A stretch of 21,974 nt of DNA from a bacterium (GTDB lineage: Bacteria > Zhuqueibacterota > Zhuqueibacteria > Oceanimicrobiales > Oceanimicrobiaceae), in contig JBHHYI010000067.1 in assembly GCA_046757525.1 (NCBI GenBank), positions 1 to 21,974 of the forward strand. The letters are read 5' to 3'. Below the pieces are notes generated by a model. The model was not told the DNA's origin, ran no database searches, and was given only the letters and a program-made list of their open reading frames with translations. Every line of letters begins with the position of its first letter. The first letter of the stretch is position 1. Both the position numbers and the translations under genes were made by a program. This document shows positions 8,353-16,657 of this stretch, in pieces.

Positions 8353-8820
8353 TCACAACGATGCGCCGGGCTTGCTTTTCAGTCCAGGATATTCCTTCGT
8401 TAACATCTCGACAATGTGGGGCTTCTTGTGCCCCTCTCGCAACTTCTGAGCGATGAAGCTCTTTACCTCGACAGCACCATTTGGGTTGTCACAAGTACAC
8501 ACATCCAGCGGATCGTTGCAAGTGCCACACGGACAGATGAAATCCTTAGCAATATCCAGAACAGCCGGGCTTTGAATGGCCGCTGGGCTGCCGAAGCTTG
8601 AAACCGTTGGTGCCGCCGTATCGCCCGATTGAAGACTAAATTTAAATAGGGCAAATCCCAGCAAGATGCCCAACCCGAGCAAACCGAATCCATAAACCAT
8701 GGGAATTCCGGAGCCTTGCTTGGCGTTCTTCACAGAGGAGCGAAACTTCACTTCCTCACCACAGTTTGGACAAAATTTGCTTTTGCGTGCGATGATCTGG
8801 TTGCAATTCTGGCATTTCAT
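8353..8820 (-). CDS. Zinc-ribbon + TM + CcmH-like Cys-rich domain protein
   Basis: N-terminal CQNC...FCPNCG, one TM helix, then FICPCGTCNDPLDVCTC...AVEVKSFIAQKLREG...IVEMLTKEY, resembling the CcmH helical bundle. Start placed at 8820 because the longer ORF crosses a terminator. Confidence 0.7.
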   Translation of the reverse strand: MKCQNCNQIIARKSKFCPNCGEEVKFRSSVKNAKQGSGIPMVYGFGLLGLGILLGFALFKFSLQSGDTAAPTVSSFGSPAAIQSPAVLDIAKDFICPCGTCNDPLDVCTCDNPNGAVEVKSFIAQKLREGHKKPHIVEMLTKEYPGLKSKPGASL

Positions 8821-8857
8821 TTCTTTCATCCTTCGAATTAAGGCGTAGTGTCGAATT

Positions 8858-8896
8858 AAAAAACAGCCTCCTGCAAGCTCCACACTCGCAGGAGGC
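8858..8896 (-). terminator. Rho-independent terminator after the Cys-rich lipoprotein gene
   Basis: Stem GCCUCCUGCGAG/CUUGCAGGAGGC with one G-U pair, followed by UGUUUUUU. Confidence 0.7.
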
Positions 8897-8905
8897 AAAA
8901 CCTTC

Positions 8906-9292
8906 TCAATTATCGTGCTCCTCCTCTTCATGTTCATGGGCTAAACCCCACTTAACTTCCGTGGCCTTCACCCCAGGAACCGCACCCTGGCCGTTGTGCC
9001 AGCCCAACCCACAACCAGGACAAACTTCCTCCCCTTTTTTAACGGCAACGTTGCAATCGCATTCTCCTTCATGAAGCAAACACCAGTTGCACGCTGGCTG
9101 AATGCAACAGTTGTACTCCCCTTCTTTGGCCAACTCTGCTTTGACCAATTTGAGATTGCCCTTGATTTTTTCCAGACGTGCTTCCGGAGTCAGGTTAGCG
9201 TTCTTGTCTTGCTTTCCGGTGGACTGACAGGAAAGCAGCACCACCATACTTAATAAAGCAACAGACAGCACGGCCAATGTTCTTGTTCGCAT
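8906..9292 (-). CDS. Cys-rich lipoprotein with His/Glu tail, putative metal-binding
   Basis: RBS AAAGGAG; lipobox LLSC; cluster CC-x3-C-x2-C-x6-C-x-C-x10-C-x2-C; tail HEHEEEEHDN. Confidence 0.8.
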   Translation of the reverse strand: MRTRTLAVLSVALLSMVVLLSCQSTGKQDKNANLTPEARLEKIKGNLKLVKAELAKEGEYNCCIQPACNWCLLHEGECDCNVAVKKGEEVCPGCGLGWHNGQGAVPGVKATEVKWGLAHEHEEEEHDN

Positions 9293-9377
9293 CAGTGCTT
9301 CTCCTTTCATTGAAAATATGAGGTTTGGTTGATTGTTTGGGATTTGCAAAACTGTTGGTTTTAACTCTCATCCGATT

Positions 9378-10652
9378 CTAAAGCGCCGGAGTTGGTACGT
9401 CCTTCCAGGCCGTTGCATTTTCGACTTTGTGGGCGTCTAAAATCTCCCCAGTTTGGGTGTTGACGTCGACGAAACCAACTGGCGTGCGAACGGTGTCAAA
9501 GGCGAGCAGCTTCGCCCCTGCGACGTGCTCAGGTTCGGGATGCTTTACTTGCACGAGGACGACGCGTCGGTAGGGGCAAGTTTCGCAAGAAAGGCCGACC
9601 TCGTCGATGCCCAGCGGACACTGGTGTCGTCTCGCCACTCTTGGATCGACCTGGTGCATTTTCGCCATGTGCACGGATGGCGAACGCCGCAAATGTTCAA
9701 AAGGATGCAGCACCCAGTCTGAAATCATGGCCACCGTGTGGTGCTTTTTGTACAAATGGAACTCACTGCCGGTGTTGGCGATCATCCCTTGCATGACATA
9801 ATCGGCTGGCATCAGGTAACCCAAATAGTCCTGCTCTGCGCTCATGAAATCTATGTTTCCGTTCGCCTCCCCCCTCGAAATAGCCGCAATCGCTTTCGGG
9901 CTCAAGCTCCTGTCTTCCGGCAGAATGGAAATTAAGGTCAGGTTCTTCTTCGCTTGAAATGCCAGAGAATCCAGCGTAAAGGCGCGACCGAGAAATCCCC
10001 CACCCATCACTGTGGTTACAATCAAAACCGGGATAACAACGGACCGCATGGCCACACTGGGAAAGAGCCTTTCCAACGTAGAAATACGGTTGTCAGTAAA
10101 TCTTGGGAGAAATCTGCCGGTGCCTGCCATGTATCCCTGGTAAGCGGCACCATATTGATTCAGCATTCTTCTTTCTTCATCCCTGGCCAGGAAATAGTAG
10201 ACGATCATCATCAAGGACAGGGTGGTCAGCACGATAAACCTGGGCCACAGGATGGCCATGCCCAGTCCCCAAATTGCCAGCGCTGAATATTGTGGATGGC
10301 GAATGTAAGCGTAGAGACCCTTTTGGGCAATGCCCCACTTGAAAATTTTGCCGAGATAAACCTGCAAAGCGCAAACGATAAACATCAAGGCGCCGACCAC
10401 GAAGAAAACCGAGCCCAGAATTCGGACAGACTGCAAGAACAGGTTGGGCGGGAAAATCATGTGCGGTAAAAAGAAAAAGGTCAGCCAGCGGGTGATTGCG
10501 AAGTGGTCTAACCATTGGAACACAGGATTGAAAACCGAATAGAAGAAAAAGGCAAACGGGCTGATCATGATCATCACTTCAAAAGCCATGATGAAGAAGA
10601 GGATGATGCCTCCGTAAGCGACGGTTCGTTTCGGCCATTCTGTTAGTTTCAT
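9378..10652 (-). CDS. ICMT/PEMT (Ste14)-family membrane methyltransferase with a long C-terminal extension
   Basis: GLYAYIRHPQY and EERRM-x3-YG-x2-Y-x2-Y-x5-RFLP motifs, several TM helices, and about 200 extra soluble residues rich in His, Met and Cys. Confidence 0.8.
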   Translation of the reverse strand: MKLTEWPKRTVAYGGIILFFIMAFEVMIMISPFAFFFYSVFNPVFQWLDHFAITRWLTFFFLPHMIFPPNLFLQSVRILGSVFFVVGALMFIVCALQVYLGKIFKWGIAQKGLYAYIRHPQYSALAIWGLGMAILWPRFIVLTTLSLMMIVYYFLARDEERRMLNQYGAAYQGYMAGTGRFLPRFTDNRISTLERLFPSVAMRSVVIPVLIVTTVMGGGFLGRAFTLDSLAFQAKKNLTLISILPEDRSLSPKAIAAISRGEANGNIDFMSAEQDYLGYLMPADYVMQGMIANTGSEFHLYKKHHTVAMISDWVLHPFEHLRRSPSVHMAKMHQVDPRVARRHQCPLGIDEVGLSCETCPYRRVVLVQVKHPEPEHVAGAKLLAFDTVRTPVGFVDVNTQTGEILDAHKVENATAWKDVPTPAL

Positions 10653-10874
10653 AGTACCTTCTCCGTATGTTGATAATTGGAATTAAGAACAAACACATTT
10701 GCTCCGCACCCACAGCCAGACTCAGTGACCTGCCCGCGCTTTTTTAAGATAAGACGCCAAACGGCCTAATGCCCGTGCCCCGGGTCATTCGCGTATTCGT
10801 CTGCATCTGAATCAGAATGCATCCCTTCACGACCGGAGTCTCTTTCTAGACGATCGATTCTCGATTAACATATC

Positions 10875-10939
10875 AACCCTGACAGGGTTTTTACGGGCAA
10901 AAAGATAGCTGTGATTGTTAATAAAACCCTGTCAGGGTT
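10875..10939. repeat. Perfect 17-bp inverted repeat pair of self-palindromic units (REP doublet-like)
   Basis: AACCCTGACAGGGTTTT (10875-10891) and AAAACCCTGTCAGGGTT (10923-10939), separated by 31 bp. Confidence 0.75.
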
Positions 10940-10957
10940 TGCAACGGTAATTAGGAA

Positions 10958-11461
10958 TCACAACACTAGTTTATGTTCGTGATTTTCGTCCTCCATTATT
11001 GCTTTCTCAGAAACGGCTTGAACACCGATTCCGTACTGGAGGACCAGCCGTCCGCCTTTGTCGGCACCGTAAACCAACAGGGCACTGACGATGAGCAACG
11101 GTCCGATAAGCACACGGCGACCGCGGCCTTCTCGCGGGGAGCGCGACATCAGCACGGCCAATGCCGTAACGAGAAGCAAGCCGCGCATCAACAACATCAC
11201 ATTGCGGTGCTCATGCACAAATTCGTGACCGGGAGATTCATGTCCCAGGCCATTGGAGGCCAGGTAACCGGTAATGACGGTCGCAACGGCGAAAACAGCA
11301 CTCAAATAGAGCAGATGGGTGGCAGAATCTCTAAACGGCTTCTTTTTTGTCGTCCACCAAAGCCCTTCAAACAAAAGAGTAACCAATGTTAATGCTACGG
11401 GAAAATGTACGAATAGCGGATGCGCGTTCTTCAAGTTCTCCAGCCCGGGCAAAAAGTTCAT
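10958..11461 (-). CDS. DUF2231-family membrane protein
   Basis: HPLFVHFPVAL, TGYLA, conserved His (HEH), GGRLV-x2-YG, four TM helices and RBS AAAGGAG. Confidence 0.85.
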   Translation of the reverse strand: MNFLPGLENLKNAHPLFVHFPVALTLVTLLFEGLWWTTKKKPFRDSATHLLYLSAVFAVATVITGYLASNGLGHESPGHEFVHEHRNVMLLMRGLLLVTALAVLMSRSPREGRGRRVLIGPLLIVSALLVYGADKGGRLVLQYGIGVQAVSEKAIMEDENHEHKLVL

Positions 11462-11517
11462 TGCGTTTCTCCTTTGCGAACATCTCCAACGGTGCCGCGC
11501 CTGACCCTCAAGTCCGG

Positions 11518-12075
11518 CTATCTCTTTTGCGTCCGGTAGCGTTGATTTGGTTCTGCATACTCCACGAAAGGCTCTTTCTCACATGCCTCGAGCACTTCTT
11601 TCACACTCTTTTTCGAGGTGATTCTAAAAACTCGCCAACGCAGTTCCTTAATCACTTTCACTTGCTGCATTCCGATTTCCAAAGCCATGGCCTTGATTTG
11701 TTCATCCTGAGCGTCAGGCGTGAATTTAACCAGCACCTCATTGGCCTCAGACATGCGCTGATCCGACCGCATCTTTGCTCCCATCATCTTCATCATCATC
11801 TGGTGCATGCCCGCATCCCCCAACATGGCTCGGCACATGGCCATCATGTTCGAGGTGTCCGACTTGGAAGCCGCCATCATCTGGTGCATCATCTTCATGC
11901 GTAGCTTCTGATTGCCAGCAATCTGCTCCATCATCTGCTCAACCAGGCTCGAATCCCGCATCATCTGAGCGACTCGAGCCTTTTTCGGTGGATTGGACTT
12001 TTTCTCCTGTGGCCAGCCTGCCACTGAAAAAACAGACACACAGAAAATAAATCCTGAAAAAACCAATCGTTTCAT
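11518..12075 (-). CDS. Exported Met-rich protein with C-terminal subtilisin-propeptide (I9/fervidolysin-prodomain)-like domain
   Basis: Signal peptide, Met-rich helical repeats and EVLVKF...PFVEYAEPN. RBS GGAGG. Paralog of 19910-20461. Confidence 0.8.
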   Translation of the reverse strand: MKRLVFSGFIFCVSVFSVAGWPQEKKSNPPKKARVAQMMRDSSLVEQMMEQIAGNQKLRMKMMHQMMAASKSDTSNMMAMCRAMLGDAGMHQMMMKMMGAKMRSDQRMSEANEVLVKFTPDAQDEQIKAMALEIGMQQVKVIKELRWRVFRITSKKSVKEVLEACEKEPFVEYAEPNQRYRTQKR

Positions 12076-12214
12076 CACTTACCTCCAATAATTTTTCACC
12101 GACAACTCCCGTGTGTTGTCATGCCCGTTTGCACAATCCCGCAGTGAAACGGTAAGACAATATACGAAATGTACAACAATTTAGCAATTTCAACAATTCA
12201 TTTCTACTCGATGT

Positions 12215-12601
12215 TTACAAGGCACTGATTACCTTGCGCAACTTGTCTTGAACCTTCTTGGCTACCTCCTCGAGTTGGGGATTGTCCACAGCCTGCATAG
12301 AGGCCATGGGATCCACAGCCGCAATTTCAACCTCATCATCCGAGATTTCCTGAACGATCACGTTACATGGCAGCATGGTCCCGATTTTGTCCTCAGCCTG
12401 TAACGCAGCGTAAGCAAAGGGCGGATTGCAGGCGCCGAGAATCTTGTATTTCCTGAAGTCGACGTCTAACTTCTTCTTCAAGGTTTCTTTGACGTCGATT
12501 TCCGTCAGGATGCCAAACCCCTCTTTCTGCAATTCGTCTGTCACTTTCTCTATGGCCGCCTCGAATGAAGCTTTCTTGGTGACTCCGAAATAATAACTCA
12601 T
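12215..12601 (-). CDS. DUF302 domain protein
   Basis: GFGILTEIDV, YKILGACNP and MLPCNV. RBS AAAGGAG precedes MSYY. Confidence 0.92.
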   Translation of the reverse strand: MSYYFGVTKKASFEAAIEKVTDELQKEGFGILTEIDVKETLKKKLDVDFRKYKILGACNPPFAYAALQAEDKIGTMLPCNVIVQEISDDEVEIAAVDPMASMQAVDNPQLEEVAKKVQDKLRKVISAL

Positions 12602-12708
12602 CGTAATTACTCCTTTCAGTTGGAGAAGCCATTCGGCTGAATCGTTTTCCTGGACGATGCACGTTGGGGCTGCCAAACCGTCTCGCCCACATTCAACCGA
12701 CCGGCTTC

Positions 12709-12923
12709 TCAGGTTAAATCCCCTTTGATTTGTTCGAATTCTTCCTTACTGATTTCACCCCGGGCATAGCGCTTCTTGAGAATCTCCAACGCTGAGTCCT
12801 GTTGTGTTGCAGACGACTTCTGGTCGGTAATCCATTTCACCAAGAAAACGATCCCGACAATGATGAGCCCCACCACAGCAGCATCATGACCCATCCGCCT
12901 CCAAACCAATCCATCCAATGCAT
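12709..12923 (-). pseudogene. Small SHOCT-domain membrane protein with a single-base frameshift
   Basis: RBS AAGGAGG and ATG 12923 give [19 protein letters not shown]. The continuation LIIVGIV...[19 protein letters not shown] is in another frame. One extra G in the G4 run (12868-12871) restores a 71-aa ORF. Confidence 0.8.
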
Positions 12924-12951
12924 CTTTTCCTCCTTTTACGCTTTTCCATTT

Positions 12952-13857
12952 TTACCTTCTGGGACTTCGGCGCATCATGCCCCTTCCCATCATGCGGCCC
13001 ATGCCACGTCGCCGCATCATCATGGACCGGGCGGCCCGCATGTCGATCTGCATGCCGATGACCTCTTCTCCTATAAGTCCCATCATGCCTCTCGGCCGCT
13101 GGTTGACCGCCATGCTTTGCAGGAAATAGACCAGCGCCCAGGCTTGCTCTTCGCTAAAAACGCCTTGGTAGGAGGGCATGGGTGTCCCATCCACTCCGGT
13201 CTGCAGCACCCGGTACAAATCTTCCTTGTCCTGACCGATTTTCCTGGGTAAATAGGTCAGGTCAGGAACCTTGACGGGATGGCCGCGGTAGTCCTTCAAA
13301 CTGTCAGCAGCAAGTCCATCGCCGTGGCCTCCGGGGCCGTGACATTTGATGCATCCGGCTTTGTCGAACATTTCCGCCCCCAATGTTTGCAGACCCGGAT
13401 TGAAATCAGGTGCCGACGGGATGGCAACGGCTTTGGCTTGAGAGGCCTGTTCAAAACCGGGATAGAATCGTTTAATGAAACCCACTAAGAGCCAGACCTC
13501 TGCGTCCGTCAGGTGGGCCTGCGGCAACATAGCGGTTGTAGGTACGCCGTGGCTGATTGTTCTGAACAAGTCGTCATCTAAGGGCAATTGGCCCGAAGGC
13601 GTCGATTTAAATTTAAAACGCCCGGAAGTAAAATCGGCGGGCTTTGTTTTCATGCGGGACGCCTCACGACCTACACCGTCGCCATGGTCGCCGTGACAGG
13701 CCGCACAATCCCGTTGGTACAGAGAACGGGCGTACGCGAGGCGCTCCTGCGGAGACATCTTTTCCACATCCGGTTTGCCACAAGCCGAATTTCCCGACAA
13801 AACAATCAGCAGTAAGCTCAGCCCTATTGCTGAAACTGACCGAGTTCCATCCCTCAT
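12952..13857 (-). CDS. Dihaem c-type cytochrome, exported (possibly a lipoprotein), with Met/Arg-rich tail
   Basis: CAACH and CIKCH, each followed by a distal Met (TAMLP, TPMPS). N-terminal hydrophobic segment ends NSAC. Overlaps the upstream gene via ATGA. Confidence 0.92.
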   Translation of the reverse strand: MRDGTRSVSAIGLSLLLIVLSGNSACGKPDVEKMSPQERLAYARSLYQRDCAACHGDHGDGVGREASRMKTKPADFTSGRFKFKSTPSGQLPLDDDLFRTISHGVPTTAMLPQAHLTDAEVWLLVGFIKRFYPGFEQASQAKAVAIPSAPDFNPGLQTLGAEMFDKAGCIKCHGPGGHGDGLAADSLKDYRGHPVKVPDLTYLPRKIGQDKEDLYRVLQTGVDGTPMPSYQGVFSEEQAWALVYFLQSMAVNQRPRGMMGLIGEEVIGMQIDMRAARSMMMRRRGMGRMMGRGMMRRSPRR

Positions 13858-14312
13858 GCTCGAGTCCCTTCGACGGGTCTGTGAAAATGCAGCCAGAGAC
13901 GCCAGCCAAAGTTGTAAGATAAAATTGGCAAAATTAGCATCTGAACCAACGGCACCAGTCCGATGTTTAACCAGGGCAATCTAGGCATCAGGGAGGTGTA
14001 ATGCCAGTAGCCGAGCCGCACGCCCGCCATTTCCGCCCCGATAGCAAGCAGCGCACCGATTGAGAGCAGATAAAGTACCCTGGGGACTACGAGTTCTCCA
14101 GCCCACTCCCAACTGCCGAAAATCCAGCGCCCCAAACTGAAGATGAACAGGATCATCCCCACATCGCCCACGGTGGCCACCAGACAGAAAAGCCAGGTAC
14201 GCCAGTCTGCAAAGGACATGCCTGCGAAAAAGGGCATCTGCAACATTTCCCATAAGTAGTTAAAAAGGAATGCCGCGACGGCAACCCAGCCAATTACTTT
14301 GATCTGGTTCAT
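13854..14312 (-). CDS. Four-TM hypothetical membrane protein
   Basis: Hydrophobic helices with NYLWEMLQMP and ATVGD motifs. Translationally coupled to the cytochrome gene. Confidence 0.75.
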   Translation of the reverse strand: MNQIKVIGWVAVAAFLFNYLWEMLQMPFFAGMSFADWRTWLFCLVATVGDVGMILFIFSLGRWIFGSWEWAGELVVPRVLYLLSIGALLAIGAEMAGVRLGYWHYTSLMPRLPWLNIGLVPLVQMLILPILSYNFGWRLWLHFHRPVEGTRA

Positions 14313-14339
14313 CCTACTTTGGCTAATCTACTGAGATGG

Positions 14340-14684
14340 TCAAACTTGCAGAATGTGCGCACCTTCCTCACCGGTGCGTATTTTTACCGCCCTCTCCACC
14401 GGCGCGACAAAGATGATTCCGTCGCCAGGCTGATGGGTACAACCAGTGCCGCTGATCACCTCAATCGCTTTGGCAACTTGTTCCTCCCGACAAACCATCT
14501 CTATTTTGGCCATCTTGGAATATTGACCTACAAACTCGATGGAATATTTGGCTTCTTTGGAATCAGCCAGATGCCCCAGGGCCGAAACATCGATCACGGT
14601 CATGCAGCAAAAACCGGCTTCCTCCAGTGCCCGCACGACTTTCTCGACAATTCTCACACGCACGTAAGCTTTGATTTCTTTCAT
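14340..14684 (-). CDS. P-II family signal-transduction protein (non-canonical, metal-locus type)
   Basis: MKEIKAYVR, KIEMVC, PGDGIIFVAPV and KIRTGE. RBS AGGAG. The T-loop lacks YRGxEY. Confidence 0.9.
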   Translation of the reverse strand: MKEIKAYVRVRIVEKVVRALEEAGFCCMTVIDVSALGHLADSKEAKYSIEFVGQYSKMAKIEMVCREEQVAKAIEVISGTGCTHQPGDGIIFVAPVERAVKIRTGEEGAHILQV

Positions 14685-14875
14685 TTGTTTATCTCCTAAG
14701 AAAACTTGCGCAAAGTTCAAGGATGCCTCTGGCGATGGTTGCCTCCGCATAACGAAGTCGAGAGCATTAAACATTCGCTTGCGCCTTCAGAATCTGGAGG
14801 CACCTATTCTTACGCCCTCGCAGTCCACCCGGGCGGACAGAGCCCAGCGTCCATTATTTACACCTTGACTCTTCG

Positions 14876-14890
14876 GCAACATGTGTGCCA
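14876..14890 (-). promoter_or_regulatory. Sigma-54 -24/-12 promoter upstream of the PII gene
   Basis: Minus strand TGGCACACATGTTGC is an exact match to TGGCAC-N5-TTGC. Confidence 0.85.
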
Positions 14891-15243
14891 TACTGCGGAA
14901 ACTCTTTACTAAAATGTTTTTGTGCAATTAATTCCATTAATTTCAACAGCCTCAGGGCATAGGCTCCATCCAAGGTATTCTTTGAAACTTATTCAAATGG
15001 TGTATATTCAGCAGATCATGATGAATATTCTACAACAGCTTAACATCCTATGAAGGATTCGAATCCGCAAGTGGTCAAAAGTAAGGGCAAACAACGAGGG
15101 CTGCACGCAGTGCTTTGAGATTGAATCCTTAGCTGGACAACTCACCTCCATTCTCAAGATTCCAAAAAACGACCAATCCTGAGATGTCAAGGGAGTAATA
15201 GGATCAATAGGATTGTGCTGCCATAAACATCAATGAATCTCTC

Positions 15244-16599
15244 TTAGTCATCAATTAATCTTAGATGGAAATAACCACCATTTCTTTGCTTTAGCACTTG
15301 ACTGACTAAGCCTTTATTTAAGTCCACCACCTCTTCAACATTATATACGAGATTCTTCAGAGTAATGCCAAGAGCGGAAGCCTTGATTAATAATTTACTT
15401 GTTAATTTATACCGCTCTGCTTTTTTGCTCTCTAAATCTGCCGAATTCATCAGGGTAAGTTTACGATTTCGAAAGGCCACTTTGCTTTTAGCTCCAAAAA
15501 ACGAAAACACGCCTTGTTCTACTCTTACCTCCATTATCAAATAACTCCTTTTTTGATCATGACACATAGTACGAGCCAGCAAACTTTTCCACACGTGGGG
15601 AGAATAGATTCGGTTCAGGTCTACATGCGAACTCTGGCGCTTGCAAAGAATGCGCAATAGCCATTCATATCCTCGGTCTCCGAATTTTTCTATAATATAA
15701 CGATTAACCCACGAAGATTCAACCCAGGGTATGATTTTTTGTCTGACCATCCTCCAGTGATCTCGACCCTCGATGATACTCACGGCGGCTAAATAACCAG
15801 ACTCAACCGCATGATGCATGCCAAATCCCCAGTTGGCATCCTGAAAACCGGCCGCCTCGCCCACAATGGGCTTTTTGAAATCATCGATCAAAGGCGTAAT
15901 CCCGTAGTTGCCGAAACGATGTCTATTTTTGATTGTAAATTTAGAGATGGTCTGAAAGGCGTCCACGGCGCGCATCAAATAGTCTTCCTTGTGGGCCGTA
16001 CCCCGAGCCCGACGCCTGAAACAAGCACACGCAACCCCTCGACCGCCGTGAGCCACGAGGTAGGCATAAACCTTAGGGGCCACCTGTTGATCAAACAGGA
16101 GCCAGATGGTATCACGCAGATCTGTGTCGAAGGTCACACCATGGATGAGGACATAGGAGATTTGGTTGTCCGGCCCGGTAGCCACAATATCAACCTCCTT
16201 TGAAGTGGCCTTGCGACCGAATTCAAATCTCACGCCGAGGCGCATGGCTTGTCGTTTGAGTGCTAAATCGAGGGTGTCTTCGAAACAACCGCGACGAATC
16301 ATGTAGCCCAGTGGCCGATCAGACCGAAAGTGATATTGCCTGCGATGCACGTCTAAGGCCGTTGCTGCTTTTACCGGCGTTATAGGAAAGTCGAGTTTAA
16401 TGTTAATGCTTCGCAAGAAGTACAGCATGTCTTCAGGTCTTGTCCAGTTCTCAAAATACTGAAAATCTCCCGCGGAGCGCATGCCCACGTCTTTACGCAG
16501 CTCGTAGACGACCGGACGATAGCCGGCCAGTGCCAGGTTGATGGCCGCGGTCATGCCGGCTAAACCGGCGCCCGCAATTCTTATATCTTGTGCCGTCAA
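15244..16599 (-). CDS. FAD-dependent oxidoreductase (geranylgeranyl-reductase-like) with an unrelated C-terminal extension of about 96 aa
   Basis: IAGAGLAG, ATG motif, AYLV and VGEAAG...GFGM motifs. TTG start with GAGGG RBS. Confidence 0.8.
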   Translation of the reverse strand: MTAQDIRIAGAGLAGMTAAINLALAGYRPVVYELRKDVGMRSAGDFQYFENWTRPEDMLYFLRSINIKLDFPITPVKAATALDVHRRQYHFRSDRPLGYMIRRGCFEDTLDLALKRQAMRLGVRFEFGRKATSKEVDIVATGPDNQISYVLIHGVTFDTDLRDTIWLLFDQQVAPKVYAYLVAHGGRGVACACFRRRARGTAHKEDYLMRAVDAFQTISKFTIKNRHRFGNYGITPLIDDFKKPIVGEAAGFQDANWGFGMHHAVESGYLAAVSIIEGRDHWRMVRQKIIPWVESSWVNRYIIEKFGDRGYEWLLRILCKRQSSHVDLNRIYSPHVWKSLLARTMCHDQKRSYLIMEVRVEQGVFSFFGAKSKVAFRNRKLTLMNSADLESKKAERYKLTSKLLIKASALGITLKNLVYNVEEVVDLNKGLVSQVLKQRNGGYFHLRLIDD

Positions 16600-16610
16600 A
16601 ATCCCTCTAC

Positions 16611-16643
16611 AACCTTCTGATGGTTTCGAACCTTCGGAAGGTT
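16611..16643. repeat. REP-like tandem palindrome
   Basis: AACCTTCTGATGGTT-TCG-AACCTTCGGAAGGTT has the same AACC-N7-GGTT architecture as 10875-10939. Confidence 0.6.
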
Positions 16644-16657
16644 AGCCGTCAAACACT

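Noticed and set aside
8821..8937. Longer N-termini in the ORF track (8937, 9349, 12676, 14774, 1780, 17589)
   Set aside because: They cross terminators or neighbouring genes, or lack an RBS. Downstream starts have clear Shine-Dalgarno sequences and match domain boundaries.
14340..14684. Calling the PII gene glnB/glnK and the two-component pair ntrBC
   Set aside because: The T-loop is non-canonical, there is no amtB or glnA, and the kinase is membrane-bound, unlike NtrB.
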